Below are positions 36,165 to 46,457 of a DNA stretch of 50,246 nt, one piece after another (position 1 is the stretch's first letter; the number at the start of each line of letters is the position of its first letter). The notes under the pieces are model-generated. The model did not search any database, was not told where the DNA came from, and saw only the letters and a program-made list of their open reading frames with translations. Location: assembly GCA_041169145.1 (NCBI GenBank), contig JBEEJO010000002.1, forward strand, positions 1 to 50,246, read 5' to 3'. The position numbers were made by a program, and so were the translations under genes. This DNA comes from Candidatus Parcubacteria bacterium. Lineage in GTDB: Bacteria; Patescibacteriota; Minisyncoccia; UBA6257; 2-01-FULL-56-20.

Positions 36165-37138
36165 TCGTCCAGTTCAGAAAGCCGGAGTGCCCGGCGGCGA
36201 TAGTATATGTTCGCAAGTGTCTTTTGCACGAACCCTGCCGGCAGAATAGCGAACGGCAGCCATACAAACCAGCCCAATAACGCACCGAGTGGATATTCTG
36301 CGAACGCCCCCAGGATATGCGGCTTCGCCTCCGCCGTGCGCGCGTTCATGAGATACGCAAGCCCGAGGTTCAGCCGATAGCGCCTCCGGTTTTCGCGCAT
36401 ATGAACGCGGACGCGTTCCGCCGGGGCCATGTTCGTATTCAACCGTTCCAGAACTTCCAGCATCGTCTCTTTCACTTTCGGCTGGCTTTCCAATCCCTGC
36501 AGGTTCGCCGTCTTCCGCATGCGGAGCTTTGCCAGGCGCTTCGGCAAAAATTCGAACCGGGCACCGCCGTGCGCAAGACGCAGCCAGAATTCCAGATCCT
36601 CGGACCGTTTGAGGTTCTCATCGAACATCCCGAACCGCTCAATGGTCGAACGCCGGAGCACAACCGAGAGCGGCGCGATGAAATTCATGCGCAGGAGATG
36701 CGGGAGCACATCGTCGCCGGAATAATATTCATAATTCAGCCGCAAAAGCGTCGATTCGCCGTCCCAGAAGTGGAACAGATTGCAGTACGAAACGTCGCAG
36801 GCAGGATGCTCGGTGAGGTACGCGACTTGCTCGGCGACCTTCTCCGGCAGAAATATATCATCCGAATCCAACAGCGCGATGAGCTCGCCGCGGCTTGCTG
36901 TGATGCCGGTATTCCGCGCACCCGAAAGTCCTTTGTTCGCCTGATAAATGTACGCGATCTTTTTTGCACGGACATACGGCTCGAGAACTGCTTTGGTGTC
37001 ATCCGTCGAGCCATCGTCAACGACGATGACCTCGCAGTTCGGATACGTCTGTGCGAGCGCCGAATCCACCGCCTCACACACGTACGATGCGGTGTTCCAG
37101 GACGGAATGATAATGGAAACAAGCGGTGGTTTTCCCAT
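36161..37138 (-). CDS. Glycosyltransferase family 2
   Basis: It contains VSIIIPSWNTASYVCEAVDSALAQTYPNCEVIVVDDGSTDDT...LLDSDD. Confidence 0.85.
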   Translation of the reverse strand: MGKPPLVSIIIPSWNTASYVCEAVDSALAQTYPNCEVIVVDDGSTDDTKAVLEPYVRAKKIAYIYQANKGLSGARNTGITASRGELIALLDSDDIFLPEKVAEQVAYLTEHPACDVSYCNLFHFWDGESTLLRLNYEYYSGDDVLPHLLRMNFIAPLSVVLRRSTIERFGMFDENLKRSEDLEFWLRLAHGGARFEFLPKRLAKLRMRKTANLQGLESQPKVKETMLEVLERLNTNMAPAERVRVHMRENRRRYRLNLGLAYLMNARTAEAKPHILGAFAEYPLGALLGWFVWLPFAILPAGFVQKTLANIYYRRRALRLSELDE

Positions 37139-37145
37139 GGTCGAG

Positions 37146-38195
37146 TTATCGGGCGCTCAGATCGTTCAGAATATCTCGGAAGCGCTGTTCATAGGTGTGC
37201 TCGCGGATCGTTCGTCCGTAGGCCGCCGCGGCAATGCGCTTCCGCTCATCCGGCTGGTCAAGATACATACGCACCTTGTCCACGAGCTCCGCATTCGTCC
37301 GATAGAACACCATTTCGCGGTCCGGTTCGTAATACCGTTCCACGCCTTCGGTATAACCGGAAATCACGCACGCCCGGCACGCGGCAAGTTCAAAAATGCG
37401 CGCGTGGATATGCGGCTCGGCGAAATGCCACCACGCCTCCATGTTTCGCATCAGATGAAGGTCAGGCACGATCCGATTCCGGGATTTCATGAAGAAAAGC
37501 CGCCCCAAAACCCAAGGATTGAACCGCGACGGCCGGTCGTTTATATTCAGCGTCATTTTACTGCGGCCCACGATATTTATCATTTCCTCCCGAGAAACGC
37601 GCCCGGCAGGCCATCCAAGGCCAAATGCTTCCACGCGGATCCCAGCACTCAAGAGTGTTTGTATCACTTTCTCGCGCGGAGGTTTCCATTGTCCGATGAA
37701 ACTCACGTCAATGTCGGGATCCCTTCCGATCTCCACCGGCCAGTAGGCGTTCGGGTTTGCCGCCCATTGCGACAAGAATACATTCGTTATTCCGGCTCTT
37801 CGATACCAATCGACGGCTTGCGGCGCCGTCGTCACCGCAAGCGTGAAATGCGGCGCGTACAATCGCGAATAGTTCCAAAATCGCCAGTAATCATCCGCGA
37901 ACCAAGCAACGGTTTTCGTACCGGTCTCGTTGCGGATCCGGTCCAGGACCGCCGGGTCGCACTCATCGGTATACATAAACACAAAGAGCGCGTCCGGCCG
38001 CTCCCGTCGTGCGATATGGAGCAGTTCTTCATTCCACATCCGCCGGCCCATTGTAAGAATACGGTCAAAGGGATGCTCAACGACCGAAACGTCCGGCATA
38101 CGCTGCAATGCCCCAAGAAAATTCACCCGCTCGAAGCTTGGTGACCGTTTCGGGTCATAATTTTCCGCTTCAATACCGGCATAGAGAATCTTCAT
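37146..38195 (-). CDS. CgeB-like glycosyltransferase (GT1-related)
   Basis: 349 aa. The C-terminal segment reads RIFELAACRACVISGYTEGVERYYEPDREMVFYRTNAELVDKVRMYL..PDERKRIAAAAYGRTIREHTYEQR. The resemblance to the CgeB/DUF3880-type family is from memory. Confidence 0.6.
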   Translation of the reverse strand: MKILYAGIEAENYDPKRSPSFERVNFLGALQRMPDVSVVEHPFDRILTMGRRMWNEELLHIARRERPDALFVFMYTDECDPAVLDRIRNETGTKTVAWFADDYWRFWNYSRLYAPHFTLAVTTAPQAVDWYRRAGITNVFLSQWAANPNAYWPVEIGRDPDIDVSFIGQWKPPREKVIQTLLSAGIRVEAFGLGWPAGRVSREEMINIVGRSKMTLNINDRPSRFNPWVLGRLFFMKSRNRIVPDLHLMRNMEAWWHFAEPHIHARIFELAACRACVISGYTEGVERYYEPDREMVFYRTNAELVDKVRMYLDQPDERKRIAAAAYGRTIREHTYEQRFRDILNDLSAR

Positions 38196-39394
38196 GTCCG
38201 GATTTTTGGTTTAGAATCAATAACTACTTGAGCATACCGCGTCCAGCTCAGATGATCTTTGACGTATCGTTGACCGTTTTTGGCAAGCGTCATGCTCAAC
38301 GAATCGTCCGCCAACAACATCTCGATCTTCTCGGCTATATTGCTTGGACTTTCCGGATCAACGAACAGTGCGTTTTCGCCGTCACGCAAGAACTCCACAA
38401 CGCTTGTAATCCGAGAAACAATAACGGGTAGTCCCGCAGCCATTGCTTCAAAAACTGTCATGCCCCAGATCTTGATATTGCTGGGGAACACAAAAATACT
38501 GCTGTTCTTCATAAGCTGTATGAATTCGCGTTCGCCTGCTCCGTCAAAATAGACCTCAACATACGGTTCCATTCCTATATCTCGCAGAAACCCATTGAAC
38601 TGACCGCGATAGTTTTCATCGTTCCAATAATCCTTGCAGATGATCCGTGCTCGCGCATCGTATCCTTTCTTTCTTACTATAGCCACCGCAGCAGCCACAT
38701 CCTCAAAACGGCGCGTGCGGCTCAGCCCTCCGGCGCTCAAGAGCATAATGGGTTTGCCTTTGTCGTTAAGGCTTTTGACCGGTGCGTAAAAACCATCGAA
38801 ATCCACCGGAATAGCCATCAGAATGACCGGGATATTAAGCTCTTCCGCATCGTGCGCTTTTTCCTTGTCATACGTTACCACGACATCTATCGCCTTTGAA
38901 TATTTTTTGGCGACATGATGTTCCCACCATGCCCAAATCGTACTGGCCGCATTGAACACAATATTTGTCTTGTGCGAATGGTAAAAAGGGGGGTTATGCA
39001 TGACCCAGATAATCTTCGCGGACGGATGTTTCTTCTTATAGTGAAGCCCGAGCTTGTACGAGTCGTCGTTCTGACAATGCAGCATGTCGACATCGGCAGG
39101 TAGCGCTCGTGCGATTTCTTTCACGATATTGCCGTAGAGGATTGCCTTTCTTATCCGTTTATAAACCGCCGAAAAAAGACTCTTCCCGCCAATCACCGAA
39201 TCAAGATCCGCCCGCGGATCGATGACTCTAATATCAAGACCGCTGTTCAACTCCGGAAAGCATTGTTTGTCGAACTTCGCAGTGTAAATGATCACATCGT
39301 GCCCCAAGGCTTTGTATGCTTTCGCCAACGACAAAGCCATGCGAGGATCGCCGCTTTCGAGCGCAAGCTTGAGATGAACGACTGCTATTTTCAT
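38192..39394 (-). CDS. Glycosyltransferase family 4 (GT-B)
   Basis: 400 aa. It begins MKIAVVHL, and the C-terminal motif FVFPSNIKIWGMTVFEAMAAGLPVIVSRITS is EX7E-like. Confidence 0.8.
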   Translation of the reverse strand: MKIAVVHLKLALESGDPRMALSLAKAYKALGHDVIIYTAKFDKQCFPELNSGLDIRVIDPRADLDSVIGGKSLFSAVYKRIRKAILYGNIVKEIARALPADVDMLHCQNDDSYKLGLHYKKKHPSAKIIWVMHNPPFYHSHKTNIVFNAASTIWAWWEHHVAKKYSKAIDVVVTYDKEKAHDAEELNIPVILMAIPVDFDGFYAPVKSLNDKGKPIMLLSAGGLSRTRRFEDVAAAVAIVRKKGYDARARIICKDYWNDENYRGQFNGFLRDIGMEPYVEVYFDGAGEREFIQLMKNSSIFVFPSNIKIWGMTVFEAMAAGLPVIVSRITSVVEFLRDGENALFVDPESPSNIAEKIEMLLADDSLSMTLAKNGQRYVKDHLSWTRYAQVVIDSKPKIRT

Positions 39395-39449
39395 TGTGTA
39401 AAAGATATATCAAGAATTCACTCTGCTCGTACGTGCTCTTTGGTTTTCA

Positions 39450-40412
39450 TCAATCCATCGGCGTTATGAGCGTCGTGGCCGAAGACATCCGCGAGCCCGC
39501 AGAAAAGTATCCCTTCGTTTTCTTATACGCGGTCCAGAGGCTCCACACAATGGGGTACAGGTGATATTTCTTTGCGAAAGGCACATCCATCAGCTTTCGA
39601 TATTTTTCCTTCTTCCAGGGAGTTTTGTTCGCATACCGCACGTATTCCGACTGATAAGGAAGCGCTGAAAGAAGATACCATGGCTTCCCTCCGCCCACAA
39701 AATGAACAATGAGCGGATCTTTCTCATTCTGTTCATGGGCGAATTCAGCCAATAGATTATATGTTGCGGCAAGTATCGTACGATCGCCCAACAGTACGAT
39801 ATTCAGCGCATCTTGGTCAGCTGCCCAAAGTTCAGGATGCCTGCAAATAAACGCGAACAGTTTCTCTTCTATCTCACGCTCCCTCCAGCGTTCCATGTCG
39901 ATGAGCAACACACCGGAGTTGAAATACGTAAGTTTTTCCGGTATCTCAAGCAAAGCGATACTCCTACACAGTTTTTCCAAATGCCTTTTTCGGACATCTT
40001 GGAGACAATCCGCAACGGCACCCACCGTCTTTCCCGCCAGATCGGCAGTGAAAAGCTCTATGATATCTTTCCTTACTATTACGTCGCAATCCAAATAGAC
40101 GGCTCTGCGGTAAGTAGATGGAATCATACGTCCGATAGCGATCCGATAGTACGCTTCCAACGGCAAGTGCACGACCGGAATCGATGCGAATAGACGCTTG
40201 TCGGGAATGACGTATGTTATGGCGAAGTTGTATCGCTTTTTTAATATCCCCAATCGTTCTTTATTCTTTGCCGATATTCCTCCATCTATTACGAATACAT
40301 GAATGGGATAGTCGCCCTTCTTGTTCTCAAATAATGAACACAAAGCGACCCCAAGAAGCATGGCGTACGTGTCATCTGACGAAAACACGACTGCTACCGT
40401 TTCCGTGGCCAT
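39450..40412 (-). CDS. Glycosyltransferase family 8
   Basis: It contains VVFSSDDTYAMLLGVALCSLFENK, YLDCDVIV (DxD), YFNSGVLLIDMERWRE and DQDALNIVL. I chose the start at ATG 40412. Confidence 0.8.
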   Translation of the reverse strand: MATETVAVVFSSDDTYAMLLGVALCSLFENKKGDYPIHVFVIDGGISAKNKERLGILKKRYNFAITYVIPDKRLFASIPVVHLPLEAYYRIAIGRMIPSTYRRAVYLDCDVIVRKDIIELFTADLAGKTVGAVADCLQDVRKRHLEKLCRSIALLEIPEKLTYFNSGVLLIDMERWREREIEEKLFAFICRHPELWAADQDALNIVLLGDRTILAATYNLLAEFAHEQNEKDPLIVHFVGGGKPWYLLSALPYQSEYVRYANKTPWKKEKYRKLMDVPFAKKYHLYPIVWSLWTAYKKTKGYFSAGSRMSSATTLITPMD

Positions 40413-40434
40413 TGTCCCATCATTATACCAGCCA

Positions 40435-41249
40435 TCAGCCCCAAAGAGTTTGGTTTGTCGCACGCATACACCAAGCTAAACATAGCCCCTCAGAAATCGC
40501 GGCGGGATGCATATATATACCCATACCCCCTCCTTCTACGCGCATATGGAACCCATGTCGTTTCAGGATCGTCTCTATAAGCGGCAAATTTTTATGGTAT
40601 TCCATTGCGATATAGCCTATCTTTCGCACCGTTGCTTCTGTTGCATGTTCCAGGATAGCCAGCTCGTCCCCCTCACAATCCATTTTTAAGAAATCGCAAC
40701 GGCCGATCTGTTCCACAACATAATCAAGCGTTGTTGTTGCCACTCGGCATAATGACATCTTTCCGATACTTGGTATCAAGCTATTTCCTTCATCGCCGCC
40801 AGTTCCAAACACAACTCTGCATGTCCTTTTTTATCGGCAACCGCAACATTATAAGCCACAACGGTGCAGCCCCGCGTATTTTTTATAAGTAACCCAAACG
40901 ATCTGGGTGTCGGGTCATAGGCATATACCTGTGCGCCGCGTTTCGCCGCAAGCACCGAAAATGCACCGATGGATGCCCCAATATCAACCACGATATCGCC
41001 AGGATGGAGTTCTCGCCGGAATAGTTCCGTCGTTCCTCGTTCAAATCCCCCGGTTACATCTATCTCCTCGCGGACGTCCATCTGGAACGTGCATCCGTTC
41101 ACTTCAACAATGGACGGGCGAGCTTTGCCGGCAAGGAGTTCTTGCATCCGCGCGACTATGGGAAATTTTTTCTTCAAGTGCAACCCGCCAAAGATCGTCC
41201 GTCCCATGGCGTACAATCCTGCGGCTATGAATTGTATGATGCGGCGCAT
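40435..41249 (-). pseudogene. FkbM-family SAM-dependent methyltransferase interrupted by a frameshift
   Basis: The N-terminal part is track ORF 40776-41249 (...IVVDIGASIGAFSVLAAKRGAQVYAYDPTPRSF...VAVADKKGHAEL). The C-terminal part is track ORF 40435-40812 in a different frame (FGTGGDEGNSLIPS...TTTLDYVVEQIGRCDFLKMDCEGDELAILE). The two join cleanly if one extra T is present in the minus-strand run TGTTTGGA (plus-strand AAA at 40807-40809). Confidence 0.65.
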
Positions 41250-41261
41250 GCAAGGATTTCT

Positions 41262-42164
41262 CTACATCTTCCGACAAAAGAACAGTCGCGCCATAACAAA
41301 TACATTCCACAGTAGCAGTTTTATCTTTTCTCCGAACGACAATTCCCGGGTGTTCACAATGCATCGCGCGACATAATAGAAATAGGGTGAGGCGAATATC
41401 TTACGGATTCGATGCACAAATGTGACGGCAAGCCTCGGTAATAATGGACGCGGTTTACGGTCGTCCTCAAGTACTCGTGAACGCCGAAAGAAGTCTGACC
41501 TCGATGTGATCCCGAGTGGACCTTTGGCCAAATTCTGAAAAACAAAATAGTTATCGAAGCCCCAGTAGTCTGGCGGTTTGCCATTTGTTACATTCAGCCC
41601 AAAAAGATGATCATTAAGAATGGTCTCCCTATTCCATAACCCAAGGATAAGTTGGACCTTCCCATCTTGGGAATAAAACAACGTATATGCCTTGAGTCTC
41701 TCGTATGCGCTATCACTCAATGGGAGATATTTTGCAGGATCTGGACGCCGAAGTATATTGCCATCCTTATCGATATCAATCATATTTGCAAAAACCATCA
41801 CGAGTCCTGGATTCATGTAATGAACTCCCAGGCATTCCTCAAGAAATCGCGTATCCCGAAGATCGTCATCGGCAGACCAAACAAAATATTTTCCCCGTGC
41901 TTGATACAATACAAACTTTTGGTTGCGCAATATTCCGAGATTTCCCTTCTGTTTAAAATATCTAATTCTTTTGTCTTTTCTTGCGTATTCCCGACAAATA
42001 TAATCGGTTCTCTCATCGGGTGAGGCGTCGTTTGAAATAATCAGTTCGAAATTTCGATATGTTTGAGCGAGCCACGAATCGATCACACCGGAAAGATATT
42101 CGGGACGATTGTATGTTATAAGTCCAATACTCACTAGCAAATTATCTCTATCTTTTTCGTTCAT
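41262..42164 (-). CDS. Glycosyltransferase family 2
   Basis: It contains VSIGLITYNRPEYLSGVIDSWLAQTYRNFELIISNDASPDERT. Confidence 0.8.
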   Translation of the reverse strand: MNEKDRDNLLVSIGLITYNRPEYLSGVIDSWLAQTYRNFELIISNDASPDERTDYICREYARKDKRIRYFKQKGNLGILRNQKFVLYQARGKYFVWSADDDLRDTRFLEECLGVHYMNPGLVMVFANMIDIDKDGNILRRPDPAKYLPLSDSAYERLKAYTLFYSQDGKVQLILGLWNRETILNDHLFGLNVTNGKPPDYWGFDNYFVFQNLAKGPLGITSRSDFFRRSRVLEDDRKPRPLLPRLAVTFVHRIRKIFASPYFYYVARCIVNTRELSFGEKIKLLLWNVFVMARLFFCRKM

Positions 42165-42318
42165 ATCCTATCTTGATTTAAAGCATCATAATGAAACACG
42201 CCTTTTCGGAGACTGTCAATCGCAACGACAACGAGTATCGATGGTGCACTTGCCAAGAATTGTGACAGGTATCAAGATAATCGGGACCGGACAATAAAAT
42301 TGGATCCACACTGAAAGC

Positions 42319-43899
42319 ATGATCAAAGGAGTTATTCTCGCGGGCGGCCAAGGCACTCGGCTAAGGCCGTTCACGCATCTTATCAATAAGCATCTTTTGC
42401 CCGTTTACGACAAACCGCTGATCTATTATCCCCTGTTGATTATGCGGGGCGCGGGCATAACCGATATTCTCCTCACATCCGACAAAGCGGCTTTGCCGAG
42501 CTTTCGCACATTACTGAACGACGGATCTGAGCTCGGACTCCGGATCACCTACGCCGCGCAGGATAACCCGAAGGGTATCGCGGATGCTCTTGGTCTTGCG
42601 GAACGATTCGCCGAAAATTCCAAGATCGCCGTCATGCTCGGAGACAATATCTTCACCGACCACGAACAGATCGCAAAATGTGTTACGGAATTCGGGCAAG
42701 GCTCCGGAGCGCGGCTCTTTTTGAAAGAAGTTCCAGACCCTGAACGATTCGGTGTTGCCCAGGTCAGCGGGTCGAAGATCGTTTCTATTGTCGAGAAACC
42801 CGAGGATCCCCGCTCAAATCTTGCGGTCACGGGATTGTATCTCTACGACCCTGATGTTTTTGCGGTCATCAAATCGCTCAAACCGTCGAAGCGCGGCGAA
42901 CTTGAGATCACTGATGTCAATAATTATTACATCGACAAAGGCCTTGCCAAGCATGAGATCGTCCGCGGTGAGTGGATTGATGCGGGAACGTTCGATTCGC
43001 TCGCCCACGCATCGAATCTGATGTTCACCATGTCCGCCGAGAGGGAAAAGAGGAGGAAAATAGGGGGGCGTGGCTTCAGAAAACTGACCGCATCATCCTT
43101 TCGGGCAGGTTCGCAGCTCCTTCGGGGGAGCGCCCTTTCTCGCTTGCCGCTCGTACGATCGATAAAGAAGGGATTGCTACAATATCTTAAACGTCGCGTT
43201 CCTCCCTTTACCATCGTTGATGGACACATTCTTTTCCTTGACGAGCGGGATCGTCTTGAACTTTCTACGAGAGGCTCGTTCGAATCTTACAAGGCAACCA
43301 TGATGAAGAAACTGGTCCACCCGGGAGACACGGTATTGGACATCGGTGCGCATATCGGATACCACGCGCTTGCCCTGGCGCGTCTTGTTGGCGACAACGG
43401 CAAAGTTATTGCGCTTGAGCCTGATCCGGTGAATTTTTCGCTGCTCGAAAAGAATATCCGGGTGAATCAATATTCGAACGTCACAGCGTTCAGAACCAAG
43501 ATCTCCGGACGAACCAGCGATGCCGCGAATGGTTCGGATGGCGGATCGATATCGACAGGTGCGATCACTGTGGATGACTTCGTGCACGATCGTTTGAATG
43601 ACACAGTTGACCTCATACAGTTCGACGTCGACGGCCGGGAATGCTTTGCGCCACAAGGCATGCCATCCACGCTGAAGAAAGATGCTTTGATACTCTTGGC
43701 GGAGCATGATCCTGCGGAGGTAAGGATTATGGGCTACGATCCCGAACGAGACTTCGCATTCTTGCGATCCAACGGATTCGAGATTTACAGCTTGCATGAT
43801 CGCTCGAACGGGATAGCGAAGGTCACCGATGTGCGCCAGATGGCCGGCAAAAACCTGATCTGCATAAAAGGAAGGCGGAAAACATTACTCGAGCGGTAA
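42319..43899 (+). CDS. Bifunctional fusion: sugar-1-phosphate nucleotidyltransferase (RfbA-like) N-terminal domain plus FkbM-family methyltransferase C-terminal domain
   Basis: The N-terminal domain reads MIKGVILAGGQGTRLRPFTHLINKHLLPVYDKPLIYYPL...EITDVNNYY...WIDAGTFDSL. The C-terminal domain reads VLDIGAHIGYHALALARLVGDNGKVIALEPDPVNFSLLEKNI...ITVDDFV...VDLIQFDVDGRE. It is a single 526-aa ORF. Confidence 0.8.
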   Translation: MIKGVILAGGQGTRLRPFTHLINKHLLPVYDKPLIYYPLLIMRGAGITDILLTSDKAALPSFRTLLNDGSELGLRITYAAQDNPKGIADALGLAERFAENSKIAVMLGDNIFTDHEQIAKCVTEFGQGSGARLFLKEVPDPERFGVAQVSGSKIVSIVEKPEDPRSNLAVTGLYLYDPDVFAVIKSLKPSKRGELEITDVNNYYIDKGLAKHEIVRGEWIDAGTFDSLAHASNLMFTMSAEREKRRKIGGRGFRKLTASSFRAGSQLLRGSALSRLPLVRSIKKGLLQYLKRRVPPFTIVDGHILFLDERDRLELSTRGSFESYKATMMKKLVHPGDTVLDIGAHIGYHALALARLVGDNGKVIALEPDPVNFSLLEKNIRVNQYSNVTAFRTKISGRTSDAANGSDGGSISTGAITVDDFVHDRLNDTVDLIQFDVDGRECFAPQGMPSTLKKDALILLAEHDPAEVRIMGYDPERDFAFLRSNGFEIYSLHDRSNGIAKVTDVRQMAGKNLICIKGRRKTLLER

Positions 43900-44010
43900 A
43901 GCGCTATAAACGTACCGTTTGAACGGACACGGAACGGCGAACGGCTTGCGGCTCCTTATTGAAGACGGATGTCGAGCTGTGGTATGGTCTAATCGCGGAA
44001 ATTCAATACG

Positions 44011-45453
44011 ATGCACTACAGCATGACCAGAACGCGACAAAGAACCAAGAAAATATATGAGCTGAGCGCTGCGAAAGCGTCTATTTGCATCAAAAAGAAA
44101 CGGGTTTCCGTGGGAGTCGTTGGATTCGGTTATATCGGGAGCGTTATCGGTACCGTGCTTGCTTCGCGGGGCTTTCGCACGATCGGAGTGGACACGAACA
44201 AGGAGCTGGTGGCGAGCATCAACAGCGGGAATCCCATCATTCACGAACCCGGCCTTCAGGCACTCATCAGAGCATCCCGGAATTCCGGAATGCTAACGGC
44301 TACTACAGATTACGGCGTACTGAAGGATGTTGACATCATTATTGTCACGGTTGGGACACCGCTCGGAAAACGGTACGCAGCCGATCTATCGCATATCACC
44401 GCAGCCGCAAAATCCGTGGCCTCACAACTGCGTCGGGGACATCTTATTATCATGAAAAGCACCATGTTGCCCGGAACGACCGAGGGGCTGGCGAGGGATA
44501 TCCTTGAGCGATCGGGGCTGCGAGCGGGAAGGGACTTCGGTCTTGCGGCGAGCCCTGAACGATTGTCTGAGGGCACAGCGATCGCCGAATTCACTTCCCT
44601 GCCCATTGTTGTAGGCGGCTATGACCAAAAGAGCTCGGTGCTCGTCGCCCGGTTTTGGGAGCTTGCGCTTGGCGTACGAACGATCATCGTAGCTGACCCG
44701 AAAGCAGCGGAGATGAGCAAGCTTGCGGACAACGTCTGGATCGACCTGAATATCTCGCTCGCCAACGAACTCGCGAAGCTCTGCGATGCGCTTAATATCG
44801 ACACATTGGATGTCATACGAGCCGCCAACACGCTTCCAAAAACAGGCTCGCATATCAGTATGCCCGGAGCTCATGTCAATATCCTTATGCCAAGCATGGG
44901 GGTCGGCGGATACTGTCTGACAAAAGATCCGTGGTTCGTGCGACACCTTGGTCTGCGGCACGGATTGAACCTGCGCATTCCCGCTACCTCGCGACGCATT
45001 AACGACGGGATGCCCGCCTACATGTTCTCCGTGATCGAACGATCGCTCGAATCGCAAGGAAAAAAGCTGAAAACATCGAACGTTGCCGTGCTGGGACTTG
45101 CGTTCAAGAGCAATACCGGCGATTGCAGGTTCACGCCGACCAAACGCGCCATCGAATTGTTGGAAAAGAGCGGTTGCGCACTATCGATATACGATCCGCT
45201 CGTGAGCACTGCGGATGCAAAGACCGTCACTAACATTCCTCTGTCCCGTTCGCTTGAGGCAGCGGTTCGAGGCGCGGATTGTATTGCGTTTTTCACGGGG
45301 CATCATGTGTTCAAGACGTTCTCCCTGAAAAAACTGAGAAATCTCGCGAACAAGACCTGCTCGATCGTTGACGGAAGGAATATGTTCCAGAAAGATGATA
45401 TTCAGAAGATCAAAAAAGTCGGATTCCTCTATCGGGGCATTGGCAGAACATGA
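44011..45453 (+). CDS. Nucleotide-sugar dehydrogenase (UDP-glucose/GDP-mannose dehydrogenase family, WecC/WbpA-like)
   Basis: The Rossmann motif is VGVVGFGYIGSVIGTVLA. The catalytic Cys context is GVGGYCLTKDP. The start could be the ATG at 44011 or the one at 44023. Confidence 0.85.
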   Translation: MHYSMTRTRQRTKKIYELSAAKASICIKKKRVSVGVVGFGYIGSVIGTVLASRGFRTIGVDTNKELVASINSGNPIIHEPGLQALIRASRNSGMLTATTDYGVLKDVDIIIVTVGTPLGKRYAADLSHITAAAKSVASQLRRGHLIIMKSTMLPGTTEGLARDILERSGLRAGRDFGLAASPERLSEGTAIAEFTSLPIVVGGYDQKSSVLVARFWELALGVRTIIVADPKAAEMSKLADNVWIDLNISLANELAKLCDALNIDTLDVIRAANTLPKTGSHISMPGAHVNILMPSMGVGGYCLTKDPWFVRHLGLRHGLNLRIPATSRRINDGMPAYMFSVIERSLESQGKKLKTSNVAVLGLAFKSNTGDCRFTPTKRAIELLEKSGCALSIYDPLVSTADAKTVTNIPLSRSLEAAVRGADCIAFFTGHHVFKTFSLKKLRNLANKTCSIVDGRNMFQKDDIQKIKKVGFLYRGIGRT

Positions 45454-46457
45454 AAAGAGACCGCGTAAAAAAATATCTCGTCACGGGCGGCAGCGGGTTC
45501 ATTGGCAGCCGCTTCGTCAAGCGGCTGCTTGAAGAGGGGCATCAAGTTATCGTATACGACAACTTGAGCAGCGGGCAGGCGAAGAACCTGCAGGCATATA
45601 AGAACAATTCGCGTTTTCGCTTTGTGCGCGGTGATGTAACCGACAAAGCGTCGTTAAAGAAGGTAATGACGAAGGATGTGGATACCGTATTTCATCTTTC
45701 AGCCGTCGTCGGCATCAAGAACTACATCGCCGACCCCCTGAAGGTCGTCGATGTGAACGTCCTCGGCACTAGGAACGTTCTGGAATTCGCCGCGCAGAAC
45801 GGTACAAAAGTACTCTTCACGAGCACGAGCGAAGTGTTCGGAAAGAATCCGAAGGTCCCGTGGGCGGAAGACGACGATCGAGTCGTCGGCAGCACCGCCA
45901 TTGACCGCTGGAGTTACAGCACGAGTAAGGCGATGTGCGAACACATGATCTTCGCCATGCACAAGGCAAAGGGCTTGCGCGCGGTCATCGTCCGATTTTT
46001 CAATATCTATGGTCCGGGTCAGCCGCCATACTTCGTGGTTTCACAAAGCGTACAGAAAGTCCTGCAAGGAAAGCAACCATTGCTTTACGACTCCGGAAAA
46101 CAAACACGCTGCTTCACGTTTGTGGATGATGCCATTGAGGGTACGCTCCGCGCGGCGCGAAGCGAAAAAGCAGTTGGCCAAGCGTTCAATATTGGACGGA
46201 GCAAGGAATCTACCATGCAAGAAGTTGTGGAGCTTATCATTGAGCTCGCCGGTAAGAAAGGCGAACTGCGATGGAAAAGACTAGATACATCCGCGCATTA
46301 CGGCAAGGCATATGAAGATATTCCCCGGCGTATCCCGGACGTACGGAAAGCCAAGCGCATCCTGAATTGGGAAGCGAAAACAAGTTTGCGAGAGGGACTT
46401 AAAAAGACCATCGACTGGTCGCGGAAGAACGCGTGGTGGATGAAGCTTAAGAACTGA
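45450..46457 (+). CDS. NAD-dependent nucleotide-sugar epimerase/dehydratase or decarboxylase (extended SDR)
   Basis: The Rossmann motif is YLVTGGSGFIGSRF and the catalytic YxxxK is YSTSKAMCE. It overlaps the upstream gene by 4 nt (ATGA). Confidence 0.85.
   Translation: MKRDRVKKYLVTGGSGFIGSRFVKRLLEEGHQVIVYDNLSSGQAKNLQAYKNNSRFRFVRGDVTDKASLKKVMTKDVDTVFHLSAVVGIKNYIADPLKVVDVNVLGTRNVLEFAAQNGTKVLFTSTSEVFGKNPKVPWAEDDDRVVGSTAIDRWSYSTSKAMCEHMIFAMHKAKGLRAVIVRFFNIYGPGQPPYFVVSQSVQKVLQGKQPLLYDSGKQTRCFTFVDDAIEGTLRAARSEKAVGQAFNIGRSKESTMQEVVELIIELAGKKGELRWKRLDTSAHYGKAYEDIPRRIPDVRKAKRILNWEAKTSLREGLKKTIDWSRKNAWWMKLKN

Noticed and set aside
36317-38144. Two long plus-strand ORFs (391 and 398 aa) across the GT2 and CgeB-like genes
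   Set aside because: They are antisense to genes with clear glycosyltransferase motifs, and they are Arg-rich and low in complexity.
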